From IMG/VR virus record IMGVR_UViG_3300020045_007774, positions 1-46,617 of that record: a DNA stretch of 46,617 nt; one strand, given 5' to 3'. Below the pieces are notes generated by a model that was not told where the DNA came from, did not search any database, and saw only the letters and a program-made list of their open reading frames with translations. Origin of the DNA: a virus (taxonomy: Duplodnaviria; Caudoviricetes). Shown piece by piece: positions 1-8,507 of the stretch. A program made the position numbers and the translations under genes. The first letter of the stretch is position 1. Every line of letters begins with the position of its first letter.

Positions 1-121
1 AAACTAAAATACCTGTTGGCTTTAAAACATACCTGCAAGCCTGAATAAATTCATGTACATTATCCACATGAGCAAAAACGTTTGTCGCTGTAATTAAATC
101 AGCCCGCCCGTCACCAATACT
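1..121. repeat. Terminal direct repeat, left copy (assembly circularisation overlap)
   Basis: 1-121 is identical to 46497-46617 and lies inside a CDS that reads through the junction. Confidence 0.95.
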
Positions 122-649
122 CTCAGCACTTTTGCTACTACCTGTTTTTAGTAGTCCTGAATTTATAATCATCTTAGCTGTGTTCATACTCCAAAACCGT
201 GTGATCGTTGGAATATCTATTGCCTCACAAATTGCAGCTAAGTTCCCGGCGGGATCAATATTTAAAACCTGTAAACCGATTTCTTCCCGAAATTGTGAAA
301 GTAAAGTACAATCATTTCCCGCTATATCTATGTGCTTACTTGCCTGGTTTAATCCATATTTCTTTTTTAAGTCTATTGCCATTTGTCGGCAATGGTCGAC
401 ATAACCCTGGCTTATTCCTGATCTGTATACATAATTACTAAAAAGAATTTCCGGTTGCACAATAACACTTAACTGACTAAGCCCACAATTTTCACAAAAC
501 AAAACCTTTAAAGGATAACGAGAACTCTTTATAGATTCTACTGTATTGCTGGCAAGATTATTTGCGAGTGGCAACATTCCTAAATTTAAGTAGGGAGTAA
601 GTTTGTCTGAATAACAAACCCGGCAATTTTTATGTTCTTTGTAATTCAT
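1..649 (-). CDS. NDP-hexose C-methyltransferase family protein, N-terminal part (joins 46496..45877 across the origin; 422 aa total)
   Basis: Manual translation from ATG at 649: MNYKEHKNCRVC...LGMLPLANNL...YPLKVLFCENCGLSQL...YVYRSG...IDIAGND...ADLITATNVFAHVDN. Zn-binding CxxC pairs and SAM motif of the TcaB9/NovU/EryBIII-type family. Missing from the ORF track because it runs off the end. Confidence 0.88.
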   Translation of the reverse strand, partial: MNYKEHKNCRVCYSDKLTPYLNLGMLPLANNLASNTVESIKSSRYPLKVLFCENCGLSQLSVIVQPEILFSNYVYRSGISQGYVDHCRQMAIDLKKKYGLNQASKHIDIAGNDCTLLSQFREEIGLQVLNIDPAGNLAAICEAIDIPTITRFWSMNTAKMIINSGLLKTGSSKSAESIGDGRADLITATNVFAHVDNVHEFIQACRYVLKPTGILV

Positions 650-1166
650 ATCCAAAAATTTCAAAGTCTTTTTTATAAAGTCTGTTTATTTCTGCAATAC
701 TTTCGGCGTTTAGGTAACTTGTATCTTTTTCACTTACATTGATTTTTATATCACTTAAATTTCCCACTCCTATTGAGTTTAAAAATTCATCAATCTTTTC
801 AGGTTCTTCAATCTTAAACGGCCTTACTATTAAGTTGCCGTTATCATCACAGGTAAAGTAAGACATTGGTTTTATATGAATAATTTCATCTAATAACTTA
901 TCCTGTTCGATATGTAATACAAAGTCTGTAAAGTCAGCATAGTTTTGTAAGATCCTTTGATAAGATAAATCAGGCTCTACATTGCCGCCGCCTTTAATCA
1001 AATAAGCATAGGCACTCACTAACCTGTCATACGGATTTCTTACAAAGCAAAAGAAAGGCACATCAACTGCCCGGACATGACCGCAATAATTAACAGGAAT
1101 TGCCCCGCCTACTAATTCAAATAATGATGAACCGGCAACCTTTGGAATGTGAATAAAATTATACAT
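630..1166 (-). CDS. Sulfotransferase (Sulfotransfer_2-like, PAPS-dependent)
   Basis: FIHIPKVAGSS (5'-PSB loop), FVRNPYDRLVSAY (3'-PB motif), C-terminal YKKDFEIFGY; start moved to MYNF at 1166. Confidence 0.88.
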   Translation of the reverse strand: MYNFIHIPKVAGSSLFELVGGAIPVNYCGHVRAVDVPFFCFVRNPYDRLVSAYAYLIKGGGNVEPDLSYQRILQNYADFTDFVLHIEQDKLLDEIIHIKPMSYFTCDDNGNLIVRPFKIEEPEKIDEFLNSIGVGNLSDIKINVSEKDTSYLNAESIAEINRLYKKDFEIFGYELQRT

Positions 1167-1854
1167 TTTTCTTAGCTGTAAATAAAATAGTTTCACCGTT
1201 TACATTATCAGGACATTCACCCATGATGATATTTGTAAATCCTGCATCTTTAAAACATCTTATCATTTCGTCCCGGTAAAGCCAAAAGCCATATTCACCC
1301 AAACCGGCACAATAACTGTCTGAATGTTGCCCGTATTTGTTTTTCTTCCCGGTATATTCCCGTCCATTCGATTCTACAACGCTATCTGGCTCGTTTTGTT
1401 GGCTTTTTCCGCTTGCAACCTGACTCCAAACAAAAACCGTATCGGTAATTCTTGCCATGTCGTAAATTAGTTTGGCAGGATTCTTTTGATGATAAAGAAC
1501 TCCGGCGGATAAAATAATATCATACCAATATGCAGTTTTTTCAATGAACTCACAAAAGTCGCCGTAATCAAACCTTGCTTTTAGATAAAAAATATTCTTT
1601 ACAAGTAAACATTTTAAAAAATTATTCCCATCACCTTCGATAGCCCTTACAAATAGCCCTGCATTTTCAAGTGTCTTTGTATGTGCGCCCTCAAGCGGGC
1701 CAAGTTCAAGAATATGCTTACTTCTTGGCCTATCAATAGTTGTTAAATGCCAAAGAAGTCGCTTATCATTACAAAGGTCAAGATCACCGCCGTAAAAATT
1801 GCCATCTATCTCAAACTTAGTTGTCCATCCTTTTAAAAGTTCAAACTGATTCAT
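1159..1854 (-). CDS. Class I SAM-dependent methyltransferase
   Basis: ILELGPLEGAHT motif I, acidic AIEG motif II, YDIILSAGVLYH motif. Confidence 0.85.
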   Translation of the reverse strand: MNQFELLKGWTTKFEIDGNFYGGDLDLCNDKRLLWHLTTIDRPRSKHILELGPLEGAHTKTLENAGLFVRAIEGDGNNFLKCLLVKNIFYLKARFDYGDFCEFIEKTAYWYDIILSAGVLYHQKNPAKLIYDMARITDTVFVWSQVASGKSQQNEPDSVVESNGREYTGKKNKYGQHSDSYCAGLGEYGFWLYRDEMIRCFKDAGFTNIIMGECPDNVNGETILFTAKKNV

Positions 1855-1859
1855 GGTTA

Positions 1860-3083
1860 TTAGTTGTGTGTGAGTAAACAGCCAGTTACTTTTGCAAAAT
1901 TATTCTTTCCGTACTTATTCATTAACTTATTAAAGTAAGTCCAGTCGCTTGAGTGGCTCATATCTTTCCATCCTACTGAGCAAGCGGCATCTTTCTTCAC
2001 CATTACCCCGGCACAATCTACAAAGCCCCTTTTTAATTCAACCGGAATAATTTTCCATGCCTGGTAAGAATGAACCATGTCTGAGCAATACGTCGCTACT
2101 GTACCGCTTTTAAAACCCTTCAACATGTACTCACAATAAACCGGAACGTGGTAATTATCTGCATTGGTTATTACTATGTAATCGGTATCATTTAATTTTC
2201 CTGCTTTAATTTCCTCCAAAGCCCAGTCTCTTAAATGATGCCCAAAGTTATTTTTCCTTACTTCTGATTCAATGTAAATAACACGCTTATCGTTGTAATT
2301 TTCAACAATTTCTTTTAAGCCTGTGTCATTCGGGCCGTCGTGCAGCAAAAGTAATTCCCAATTCTTATAAGTTTGCATAAGTAAGGAAGATATTATCTGA
2401 GGGAACGACTGATAAATCGTACAAATAAAAGTTACCTTGCTATCTTCTTTATAGACAAATAAATCATTCCATTCTTTTTGCCTGTTTAATCTCTTTACAA
2501 ATCCGGTGTCCCAAAATAGTGAGTCTTTATCCTTTCCGACTTGCTCACATGATAAACCCATCCACCTGATCTGGTTTGTAAGTGTGTTTATTCTTCCCCT
2601 ATGTTCAAAATAATAACAATCTTGTTTTGTTACAATAGGATCAACCGAAAATGTAATCTTTAAAGACGTTTCTTTTGAAACACAAAACATTGAAGTACGG
2701 ACATGTGGAGCATATTCTTTTGAAATCTTCATGCAAGATAAGCCTACTCCATTTTTCTTAACAGCGTCTATAAAGGGAGTAACAAAATCTTTACTCATTG
2801 GCATAACGTCGTCGGTCAACCAAATAATGTAATCAAATTCTGGAAATCCCTGTAATCTTTCACGGCAAACATCCTGGAAAGCCCCAATGTCAAAACCAAT
2901 GTTCTTTCGCCTGATATATTGAACACCATTCGCCTCACATAACTCTTTTATCCTTTCATCTTCGTTGTAATTATGAATGATAACCAATTCGGCATTTTGT
3001 TTACACTGTTTCCAGCAATGCAGCCATTTTTCGATATTCTTATATCGGTCATAAACTACTATGGCAATGACTACTTTCAACAC
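1860..3083 (-). CDS. Two-domain glycosyltransferase (GT-A; N-terminal RgpF-like plus C-terminal GT2)
   Basis: N-domain RKNIGFDIGAF...WLTDD; C-domain VTFICTIY...QTYKNWELLLLHDG...TNADNY. Confidence 0.85.
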   Translation of the reverse strand: MLKVVIAIVVYDRYKNIEKWLHCWKQCKQNAELVIIHNYNEDERIKELCEANGVQYIRRKNIGFDIGAFQDVCRERLQGFPEFDYIIWLTDDVMPMSKDFVTPFIDAVKKNGVGLSCMKISKEYAPHVRTSMFCVSKETSLKITFSVDPIVTKQDCYYFEHRGRINTLTNQIRWMGLSCEQVGKDKDSLFWDTGFVKRLNRQKEWNDLFVYKEDSKVTFICTIYQSFPQIISSLLMQTYKNWELLLLHDGPNDTGLKEIVENYNDKRVIYIESEVRKNNFGHHLRDWALEEIKAGKLNDTDYIVITNADNYHVPVYCEYMLKGFKSGTVATYCSDMVHSYQAWKIIPVELKRGFVDCAGVMVKKDAACSVGWKDMSHSSDWTYFNKLMNKYGKNNFAKVTGCLLTHN

Positions 3084-3748
3084 TTGATAATTTTATGCTG
3101 CCTTAAAAAATCTAACTCTATTCTGTGTCTTGAAGTCTGATTCTTACTCAGTTGACCTAACCAGAACCTTTGTGCAACGGAATATTCTTTAATAACTCCA
3201 GGCTTCCCGTATAACTCATAAAGCTGGTAATAAAAGAACATATCCTGAACTGTCTTTAAGCCAAGATCAAACCTTATATCACATTTTCTAAATCCAACTA
3301 CTGAAGGCATCCCGGTTATATTCTTATTGAACTGATTGTGATTGTAGGCAGTATCCTGCTTCCCGCTTATGTCGCCGTTCTGTTTTATCCTGAGTGAATT
3401 ACTTATTACCCATTTATCTTTATTAAGTGCTTCGACGAAAAGATCAATAGAATTTCTTAGAGTAAATAAATCATCTTGGCACATGATTTTTACATAATCA
3501 AAATTAGCTAAATTGATAGCGTTATTCATGTTTTCACTCGACCCTATTTCAGGATTGAAATGATACTTTAAAGGTAGCATATTGAACTGATCACAAAGCC
3601 CTTTTATCCGTCCTGTATTGTCATTGTCTGAAATGATTATTTCATATTCGTAACTTATTTCCTGCCTTAAGGTAGAGTTTAAAAGCATTGTCAGCATCCT
3701 CACGCCGTGACCGCCTTGCATATATGTTGGAATAACAATCGAAATCAT
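3077..3748 (-). CDS. Glycosyltransferase family 2
   Basis: MISIVIPTY...YEIIISDND...GSSENMNNAI...MCQDD. Confidence 0.9.
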   Translation of the reverse strand: MISIVIPTYMQGGHGVRMLTMLLNSTLRQEISYEYEIIISDNDNTGRIKGLCDQFNMLPLKYHFNPEIGSSENMNNAINLANFDYVKIMCQDDLFTLRNSIDLFVEALNKDKWVISNSLRIKQNGDISGKQDTAYNHNQFNKNITGMPSVVGFRKCDIRFDLGLKTVQDMFFYYQLYELYGKPGVIKEYSVAQRFWLGQLSKNQTSRHRIELDFLRQHKIIKC

Positions 3749-3910
3749 TTAAAATACGTTGTCTTTTGAATACTGTATCTCTATTTCTTCAATCTTTTTA
3801 ATAACCCTTTCAAGGGCATAAATCATTCCCGTGCTATATGTGTATGAATAGAACTCTTGGTGCTTAAGCCTGTTTATTTCTTCATAACAAAAGTCTTTTA
3901 TTTCTTTCAT
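3749..3910 (-). CDS. Small hypothetical protein (53 aa)
   Basis: MKEIKDFCYEEINRLK...DNVF; overlaps the upstream stop (ATGA) and abuts the GT2 start, filling the operon gap exactly. Confidence 0.6.
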   Translation of the reverse strand: MKEIKDFCYEEINRLKHQEFYSYTYSTGMIYALERVIKKIEEIEIQYSKDNVF

Positions 3911-4569
3911 AGCTCAAATTTTGAAGGATTAGGAAATTTCTTCTTAAGGAAAAGTAAAGCCGACTTAACTCCCGACGGGCCGGTTGAAAAACACGGCCTG
4001 TCTTTTATTAATTTCTCAAAAATATCCAAACTCATATCTTTCATTACCTTGAAATCTGTTATCGGTTCGCCTTCGATCTCTAAATAATTACAGTAAGCAG
4101 ATTTTAAAATACAGGGATCGGGGAAATTACTAATCACTTGCCCAAAATCTTCATTATAGATAATCGGTGTATGAATATCGAAATGCTTATCGGGTTTCTT
4201 CAATTCTTTCAGTCTGTCAATTAAAGGCTTTGAACCGCTTTCTCTGATTTTAAACATGGTGCCATAATAGTAGTAAGGATATTTTGTAATATCTGTTTCC
4301 TTCAAAAGAAAGTGATCATCATTCATAAAAAATACAGGCTTCTTTGCATATTGCAACCCGGCTAAAATCTTTCTTCTTATGCTTAATTGCTTTTGTCCCG
4401 GTACGTCTGGAAATTCAATCTGTGTTACACCTGTCAGCCATTCAGGTATATGTGATCCAACTATAATAATTTCATAAGGCTTTTTAACAAACATTTCAAC
4501 CGACCTTAAAGAGTATTTAAGCTCAGTGTAATCTTTTTGCGGAAATAAGGGATATAAAATATAGTTCAT
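3907..4569 (-). CDS. Stealth-like hexose-1-phosphate transferase (CR2-like domain)
   Basis: ELKYSLRSV...IIIVG..IPEWL...FFMNDDHF...HTP matches Stealth conserved regions. Confidence 0.72.
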   Translation of the reverse strand: MNYILYPLFPQKDYTELKYSLRSVEMFVKKPYEIIIVGSHIPEWLTGVTQIEFPDVPGQKQLSIRRKILAGLQYAKKPVFFMNDDHFLLKETDITKYPYYYYGTMFKIRESGSKPLIDRLKELKKPDKHFDIHTPIIYNEDFGQVISNFPDPCILKSAYCNYLEIEGEPITDFKVMKDMSLDIFEKLIKDRPCFSTGPSGVKSALLFLKKKFPNPSKFEL

Positions 4570-4571
4570 AG

Positions 4572-4790
4572 TTAATCAATATAAACAATATCTTCTATTA
4601 TTGTTAGAAAAATCAGAACTACTATTGGTGTGGCAAGTATTCCCATAAGTAGTAACGTTGCAAATAATGCAGGGAAAATCATAAGCCACCGTATTATTTT
4701 ACTTTTAACCTTGCTAATTACTTCTATTGGAAATAAAGCAATATCAATTAAAAAGTAAGCTGCTTTTGTAAATTTAGTTTCGTCTGTCAT
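4572..4790 (-). CDS. Small membrane protein
   Basis: Long hydrophobic C-terminal stretch; start moved to MTDET at 4790, just downstream of the leader terminator. Confidence 0.6.
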   Translation of the reverse strand: MTDETKFTKAAYFLIDIALFPIEVISKVKSKIIRWLMIFPALFATLLLMGILATPIVVLIFLTIIEDIVYID

Positions 4791-4800
4791 ATTTTTTTTT

Positions 4801-4896
4801 AAAAAAGATAGGGTCTGCAATCATTCAGCCGGGTTATCGACCTTCAGAAAACAAACCCTAAAAAAATTCCGTCAATAACCTGACCTTGCAAATATA
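4801..4896 (-). promoter_or_regulatory. Bacteroidota -7 promoter (TATATTTG, 4889-4896) plus structured leader and terminator-like stem
   Basis: Stem UAGGGUUUG/CAGACCCUA followed by UCUUUUUU; loop is complementary to the 5' leader. Confidence 0.6.
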
Positions 4897-4897
4897 G

Positions 4898-5116
4898 TTA
4901 ATTCTGATATTTATTTAAAATATTCAAAGAAGAAATTAACATACACCGGGCAAACATAATCATTGATGCCTCGACAAGTATAGCTAAATCAGTTTCACTG
5001 TATAAGTGAAAATCTTCCTCAATAATATCTGAAATAAGCTGAAATGTTTCACGTGAAACGTCAACCGTTAAACACATCTTTTTAATTTCCGTTGCTGAGT
5101 ATGTCGGCTGTGTCAT
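4898..5116 (-). CDS. Hypothetical protein
   Basis: ORF overlapping the TerL 3' end, in operon. Confidence 0.6.
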   Translation of the reverse strand: MTQPTYSATEIKKMCLTVDVSRETFQLISDIIEEDFHLYSETDLAILVEASMIMFARCMLISSLNILNKYQN

Positions 5117-6443
5117 AGTTTTTACTGTCTAAAAACCTATTCAAAAAAGTCCAATTAAAATACCTCCATGCATCTAACAAGTGAGTTTGGTGAACGTTTT
5201 TACTCTTGTCAATCCCGCCGTGTTCATCTACTTCACATTCTTCAATATCCAAAATTAAGTACGGAACACGATCCGAAAATGAATAACTTTTATGCCTTGC
5301 CAAAAGTGAGTTGCAAAGAATCCTGGTATTTTTAATAGGCGGGTTTGCATGAGGGATCTTGAATTGACCTATTGAAATTTTCAAAACATCTTTGATCACT
5401 TTGTAATAATTCAAATCTCTTTTTAAAGCCGTCCTATTTTGGCCTGAAGCGTCGCCGGTAACCATTAGCAATTTATCAGGATAGTCTGATAATATCCGGG
5501 TACATAGTTCGTAAATATCTGAGTTCATTAATCGGTACTCATCCAATATTCTCACTTCACTAAGTCCATCAGCCTGCCCGACTATACAAGTAATCGGCTC
5601 CACGTTAAAATCAAAGCTCAGAATTATTGGAAGTTGCGGAATTGCCTGTAATCCTTTTATGATATGTTTATCCTTTTTAAAGTTGAAAATAAACGGTGAT
5701 CCGGCTTTAATATTTCCCCAAATTCCATCTGCAAAAACCGTGTAGTAATACGGATCAATGATTGATAATTGCTCTAAAAAGGCAATCCTTTCAGCCGTGA
5801 CAAACTTATTATCTTTGTAAGTTGTGTGTGTTGAAGTGTATTCAAATTCAATAGGCTCTTTATTTGGAATATCAACTTTCCATTTGTCGGAAAAATTGAG
5901 TCCCTTGTCTTTAAAAAAGAACTTGTAAAGCCAAAAATCTACGTAGTTCCCGGACGTTTCCGGATTAAAAGAACACCATTGCTGAACCTTTGCTCTGTCT
6001 GATCTTAACGTGGTGGAAACGGTAATAAAGTCAATTAGTGATAGTTGGTTTAACTCCTCATACCAAACATCCGTAGGGTCTTTTATTGATTTAAGGTTTG
6101 CCGGGTCGTCGCATCCCCTGGCTAAGAACTTATTCCCGTTCTTACATTCGATTGATAAAGGAGACTCTCTGAATTTAAAGTGATCTTCAAGCCCCCAAAG
6201 TGTTACAATGTCTTTAATGGTTTGCCACTGAGCATCGTGAATAGAATTGAATGTCTTTTTAACTAAAATACACCTAAAGTAGTTTGATTCAAGGCATTTT
6301 TTAATTAGGGTTTGTGCAATAAAGTGTGATTTGCCAGAATCCCGGCCCCCCCAAAGAAAGTTAATGTCAGCCGCTGAATTGATTAGGTGACGGTAACAAG
6401 GCAAATAAACCGATAGCGGTATTTGTATCTCAATTTCATTCAT
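5082..6443 (-). CDS. terL: Terminase large subunit (PBSX-like)
   Basis: Walker A GGRDSGKS, Walker B VWYEE, SFNP coupling motif, nuclease SFDFNVEP, GDASG, HLLDAWRY. Confidence 0.95.
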   Translation of the reverse strand: MNEIEIQIPLSVYLPCYRHLINSAADINFLWGGRDSGKSHFIAQTLIKKCLESNYFRCILVKKTFNSIHDAQWQTIKDIVTLWGLEDHFKFRESPLSIECKNGNKFLARGCDDPANLKSIKDPTDVWYEELNQLSLIDFITVSTTLRSDRAKVQQWCSFNPETSGNYVDFWLYKFFFKDKGLNFSDKWKVDIPNKEPIEFEYTSTHTTYKDNKFVTAERIAFLEQLSIIDPYYYTVFADGIWGNIKAGSPFIFNFKKDKHIIKGLQAIPQLPIILSFDFNVEPITCIVGQADGLSEVRILDEYRLMNSDIYELCTRILSDYPDKLLMVTGDASGQNRTALKRDLNYYKVIKDVLKISIGQFKIPHANPPIKNTRILCNSLLARHKSYSFSDRVPYLILDIEECEVDEHGGIDKSKNVHQTHLLDAWRYFNWTFLNRFLDSKNYDTADILSNGN

Positions 6444-6678
6444 CTGGCTGTGTAACCTTATACACGGTTTTAATAGTTCCGGTAATTTCAGTAGGTATCA
6501 ACTTAGCTGCAATGTTGTAAAAATCTCTTGGGTATTTGACTGCAAACGATTTTAAGCCTGTTTTTGGATCTTCCTGTAATTCATTGAAAACACTAAGGAC
6601 GGTTTCTTTTACGGTCTTATTTAGCCTCCCTTGCCCCCTGAGTGGCATTGTTTTTCTATTTTCCTTTGTAATTGGCAT
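6436..6678 (-). CDS. Probable terminase small subunit
   Basis: Small helical protein overlapping the TerL start; NKT..ET and FY.IAAKLIP pattern. Confidence 0.6.
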   Translation of the reverse strand: MPITKENRKTMPLRGQGRLNKTVKETVLSVFNELQEDPKTGLKSFAVKYPRDFYNIAAKLIPTEITGTIKTVYKVTQPDE

Positions 6679-6698
6679 TCAAATTAATTCAGATTGAA

Positions 6699-6706
6699 CA
6701 AAATTA
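6699..6706 (-). promoter_or_regulatory. Bacteroidota-type -7 box (TAATTTTG) upstream of the terminase operon
   Basis: TAnnTTTG consensus about 20 nt upstream of the ATG at 6678. Confidence 0.55.
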
Positions 6707-6724
6707 CTATTTTTCTCATAAACT

Positions 6725-6752
6725 AAAAAGCCTCACCTGGAAAGGCAAGGCT
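6725..6752 (-). terminator. Intrinsic terminator ending the early arm
   Basis: AGCCUUGCCU-UUCC-AGGUGAGGCU followed by UUUU; 10-bp stem with two G-U pairs. Confidence 0.75.
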
Positions 6753-6803
6753 AAACTAAAAACTACAAAATGAAAGAATCTATCCATTAACCATTATTCG
6801 CCA

Positions 6804-6811
6804 CAAAGTTA
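6804..6811 (-). promoter_or_regulatory. Bacteroidota-type -7 box (TAACTTTG)
   Basis: Consensus match in an intergenic gap; same octamer at 36941 and 44692. Confidence 0.5.
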
Positions 6812-6827
6812 TAACTAATTTGTTTAT

Positions 6828-7061
6828 TTAAAGTGATTGTATTTCTGATTTTACGGTTCTCCAATATTTAATTAAATCTAAAAGAACATTGCCTCGAACA
6901 TCTAAATCCCTTATATCTTTATTTAATGTACCTATTATCTCATTTACTACTCTTAAAGCACATTCTTTAAATTGTTCTTCATGCCTTTTTGCTGGCATTT
7001 CGTATTGAAGTAAATCTGCAAATCCTTCTACCAACTCTTTTGCTTTTAATTTTGGTGTCAT
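6828..7061 (-). CDS. Hypothetical phage protein
   Basis: MTPK.KAKELV...KECAL..V.EII...YW..VK.EI pattern recalled from Bacteroidota phage small proteins. Confidence 0.7.
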   Translation of the reverse strand: MTPKLKAKELVEGFADLLQYEMPAKRHEEQFKECALRVVNEIIGTLNKDIRDLDVRGNVLLDLIKYWRTVKSEIQSL

Positions 7062-7076
7062 GGTTTTATAGGTTGT

Positions 7077-7598
7077 TTATTTTGTAAGCCTAATAAATTG
7101 TTTCAGTTTTATAATTTCTTCTTTCGGTCTTTCGTTTTCCTCCCTTAATTCAGCTTCAATTCTAACAGCATTAAGCATATCTAACCTTAAAGATTTGTTT
7201 TCTTCCTGTAAAGGCTTTACATAATAATCTCTTACAGAAAATGCACCATATTTAAAGCCAATGCTTGAACCCAAATCAGATGAATACCTTTTACTGTTTT
7301 CTATTATCCACTCATTAATATCTTCTGGTAGTGAGTCAGATATTCCCGCATCTTGTAAAAACTTCTTAGCTGCTTCGGGTGATTGAGATGCTTTTTCGGT
7401 TGCCCGTTTTATTGCTCCAACGGTATCATCTTCTGGTAGTAGGTCATTAGATTCATCTACATAGTATTTTCTTGCGGGGTCATCGGTTCTTATCTTTTTA
7501 AAATATCCCTTTCCTTCTAACCATTTATTAAAAGATTCTTTCGTTTCTTCTGAAAGAACTTTATCAATATCTTTTTGTAACTTTTCTAAGTCAATCAT
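7077..7598 (-). CDS. Hypothetical protein with C-terminal coiled coil
   Basis: 173-aa ORF in the early operon. Confidence 0.65.
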   Translation of the reverse strand: MIDLEKLQKDIDKVLSEETKESFNKWLEGKGYFKKIRTDDPARKYYVDESNDLLPEDDTVGAIKRATEKASQSPEAAKKFLQDAGISDSLPEDINEWIIENSKRYSSDLGSSIGFKYGAFSVRDYYVKPLQEENKSLRLDMLNAVRIEAELREENERPKEEIIKLKQFIRLTK

Positions 7599-7609
7599 AT
7601 AATATTGTT

Positions 7610-7831
7610 TTATTGGTTAAATGTTTGGTTAAAATAATCTTCGGCATTTATATATGGCTTACCGTCAATAAATCTAATTTGGGCAAATTAACCTTCTATA
7701 TACATACCACAAGCCATTGCTTTTTCTTTTTCGAGTAATTCAATAGCTTTGTTTAAAATTCTTTCAGTTAAAACATTATCAATCGGTAATGTGTCAACAA
7801 ATTCAATCAATTCCTGCATAGGTGTATTCAT
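7610..7831 (-). pseudogene. Small phage gene interrupted by an in-frame TAA at 7688-7690
   Basis: MNTPMQELIEF...LLEKEKAMACGMYIEG*FAQIRFIDGKPYINAEDYFNQTFNQ*; frame continues to a stop just before the next gene. Confidence 0.55.
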
Positions 7832-8114
7832 GGCTTTTTGTTTTTAATGTACAGGTCGTAAAGCTCGTGTCTGGTATAAAGGTTATTAATATCTACGCCT
7901 GAAAATCTCGGTCTAAACAAACCCTGATAATTACCAACTTCAATAGGCTCATAATTTGAATTTTTCCAATAGTCAAAATCAATCGCCACTTCCTTTGCGT
8001 ATTCTTCCACAAGTAAACTATACTATTAGCGTTCTCCCTTATAGTTGTTTTACTCCATATACTATCTACTAATATTTTACATATCTTTTCATTTAATATT
8101 TCTTCTTTGTTCAT
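7828..8114 (-). pseudogene. Probable single gene split by a frameshift near 8010 (ORFs 7893..8114 and 7828..8010)
   Basis: MNKEEILNEK...ANSIVY joins naturally to (V)EEYAKEVAIDF...ELYDLY; the 118-nt overlap is otherwise implausible. Confidence 0.5.
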
Positions 8115-8190
8115 ATTTAATTATTTTAGTTTGTTTTAAATTTCAATCAATAACATCATTTTTGTATAGAATATCAAACAAGTAATTGTT

Positions 8191-8343
8191 TTAGTTTATC
8201 AAAGCGATAAATGATGCTGCTGTATAAATAGATGACCTTGTATAATTTGCCTGTTTATTTATTTCATCATCTGCAATCCATCCACAAAAAAAATATATCA
8301 TGGCAATACAAATAAGTGATACCCAAATAATATCTTTATTCAT
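8191..8343 (-). CDS. Small membrane protein (50 aa)
   Basis: MNKDIIWVSLICIAMIYFFCGWIADDE...; A/T-rich start context. Confidence 0.5.
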   Translation of the reverse strand: MNKDIIWVSLICIAMIYFFCGWIADDEINKQANYTRSSIYTAASFIALIN

Positions 8344-8372
8344 AATTTTAAATTTTAAATTTTAAATTTTAA

Positions 8373-8507
8373 AAGTAAAGGGAGTGGCTCGGTAGTAGAC
8401 CGATAAAGTACACCACTATCCCTATTACTTGTTTTAAAGAACTTTTAAAAATAGGCGGATGGCTCTATCATTGGCCTTTGCGATTTCGCTACAAGATTTA
8501 CCGCCTA
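8373..8507 (-). other. Two tandem structured RNA / terminator-like elements
   Basis: Closing stems UAGGCGG/CCGCCUA (8452-8507) and AGGGA.AGUGG/CCACUCCCU (8373-8430), each with inner hairpins and a 3' U-run. Confidence 0.5.

Noticed and set aside
1-121. 121-bp terminal repeat as a biological DTR or att site
   Set aside because: It lies mid-gene, the ORF reads through the join, and the length is k-mer-like; best explained as a circular assembly overlap
630-4569. Glycan cluster as captured host capsule/LPS DNA or a chimeric contig
   Set aside because: Genes are coupled to phage genes on both sides on the same strand, and there is no flippase, polymerase or nucleotide-sugar synthesis gene
7688-7690. 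Stop-codon reassignment suggested by the in-frame stop
   Set aside because: Single case; TAA, TGA and TAG all terminate well-tiled genes elsewhere under the standard code
8345-8372. (ATTTTAA) x4 as iterons or a phase-variable tract
   Set aside because: Low-complexity A/T sequence resembling the start-codon context of other genes here; no supporting evidence
8452-8507. tRNA, hammerhead ribozyme or c-di-GMP-I riboswitch
   Set aside because: No T-loop GTTCRA or cloverleaf, no CUGANGA core, and only fragmentary resemblance (GGUAAA, CGCAAAG) to c-di-GMP-I without its second stem
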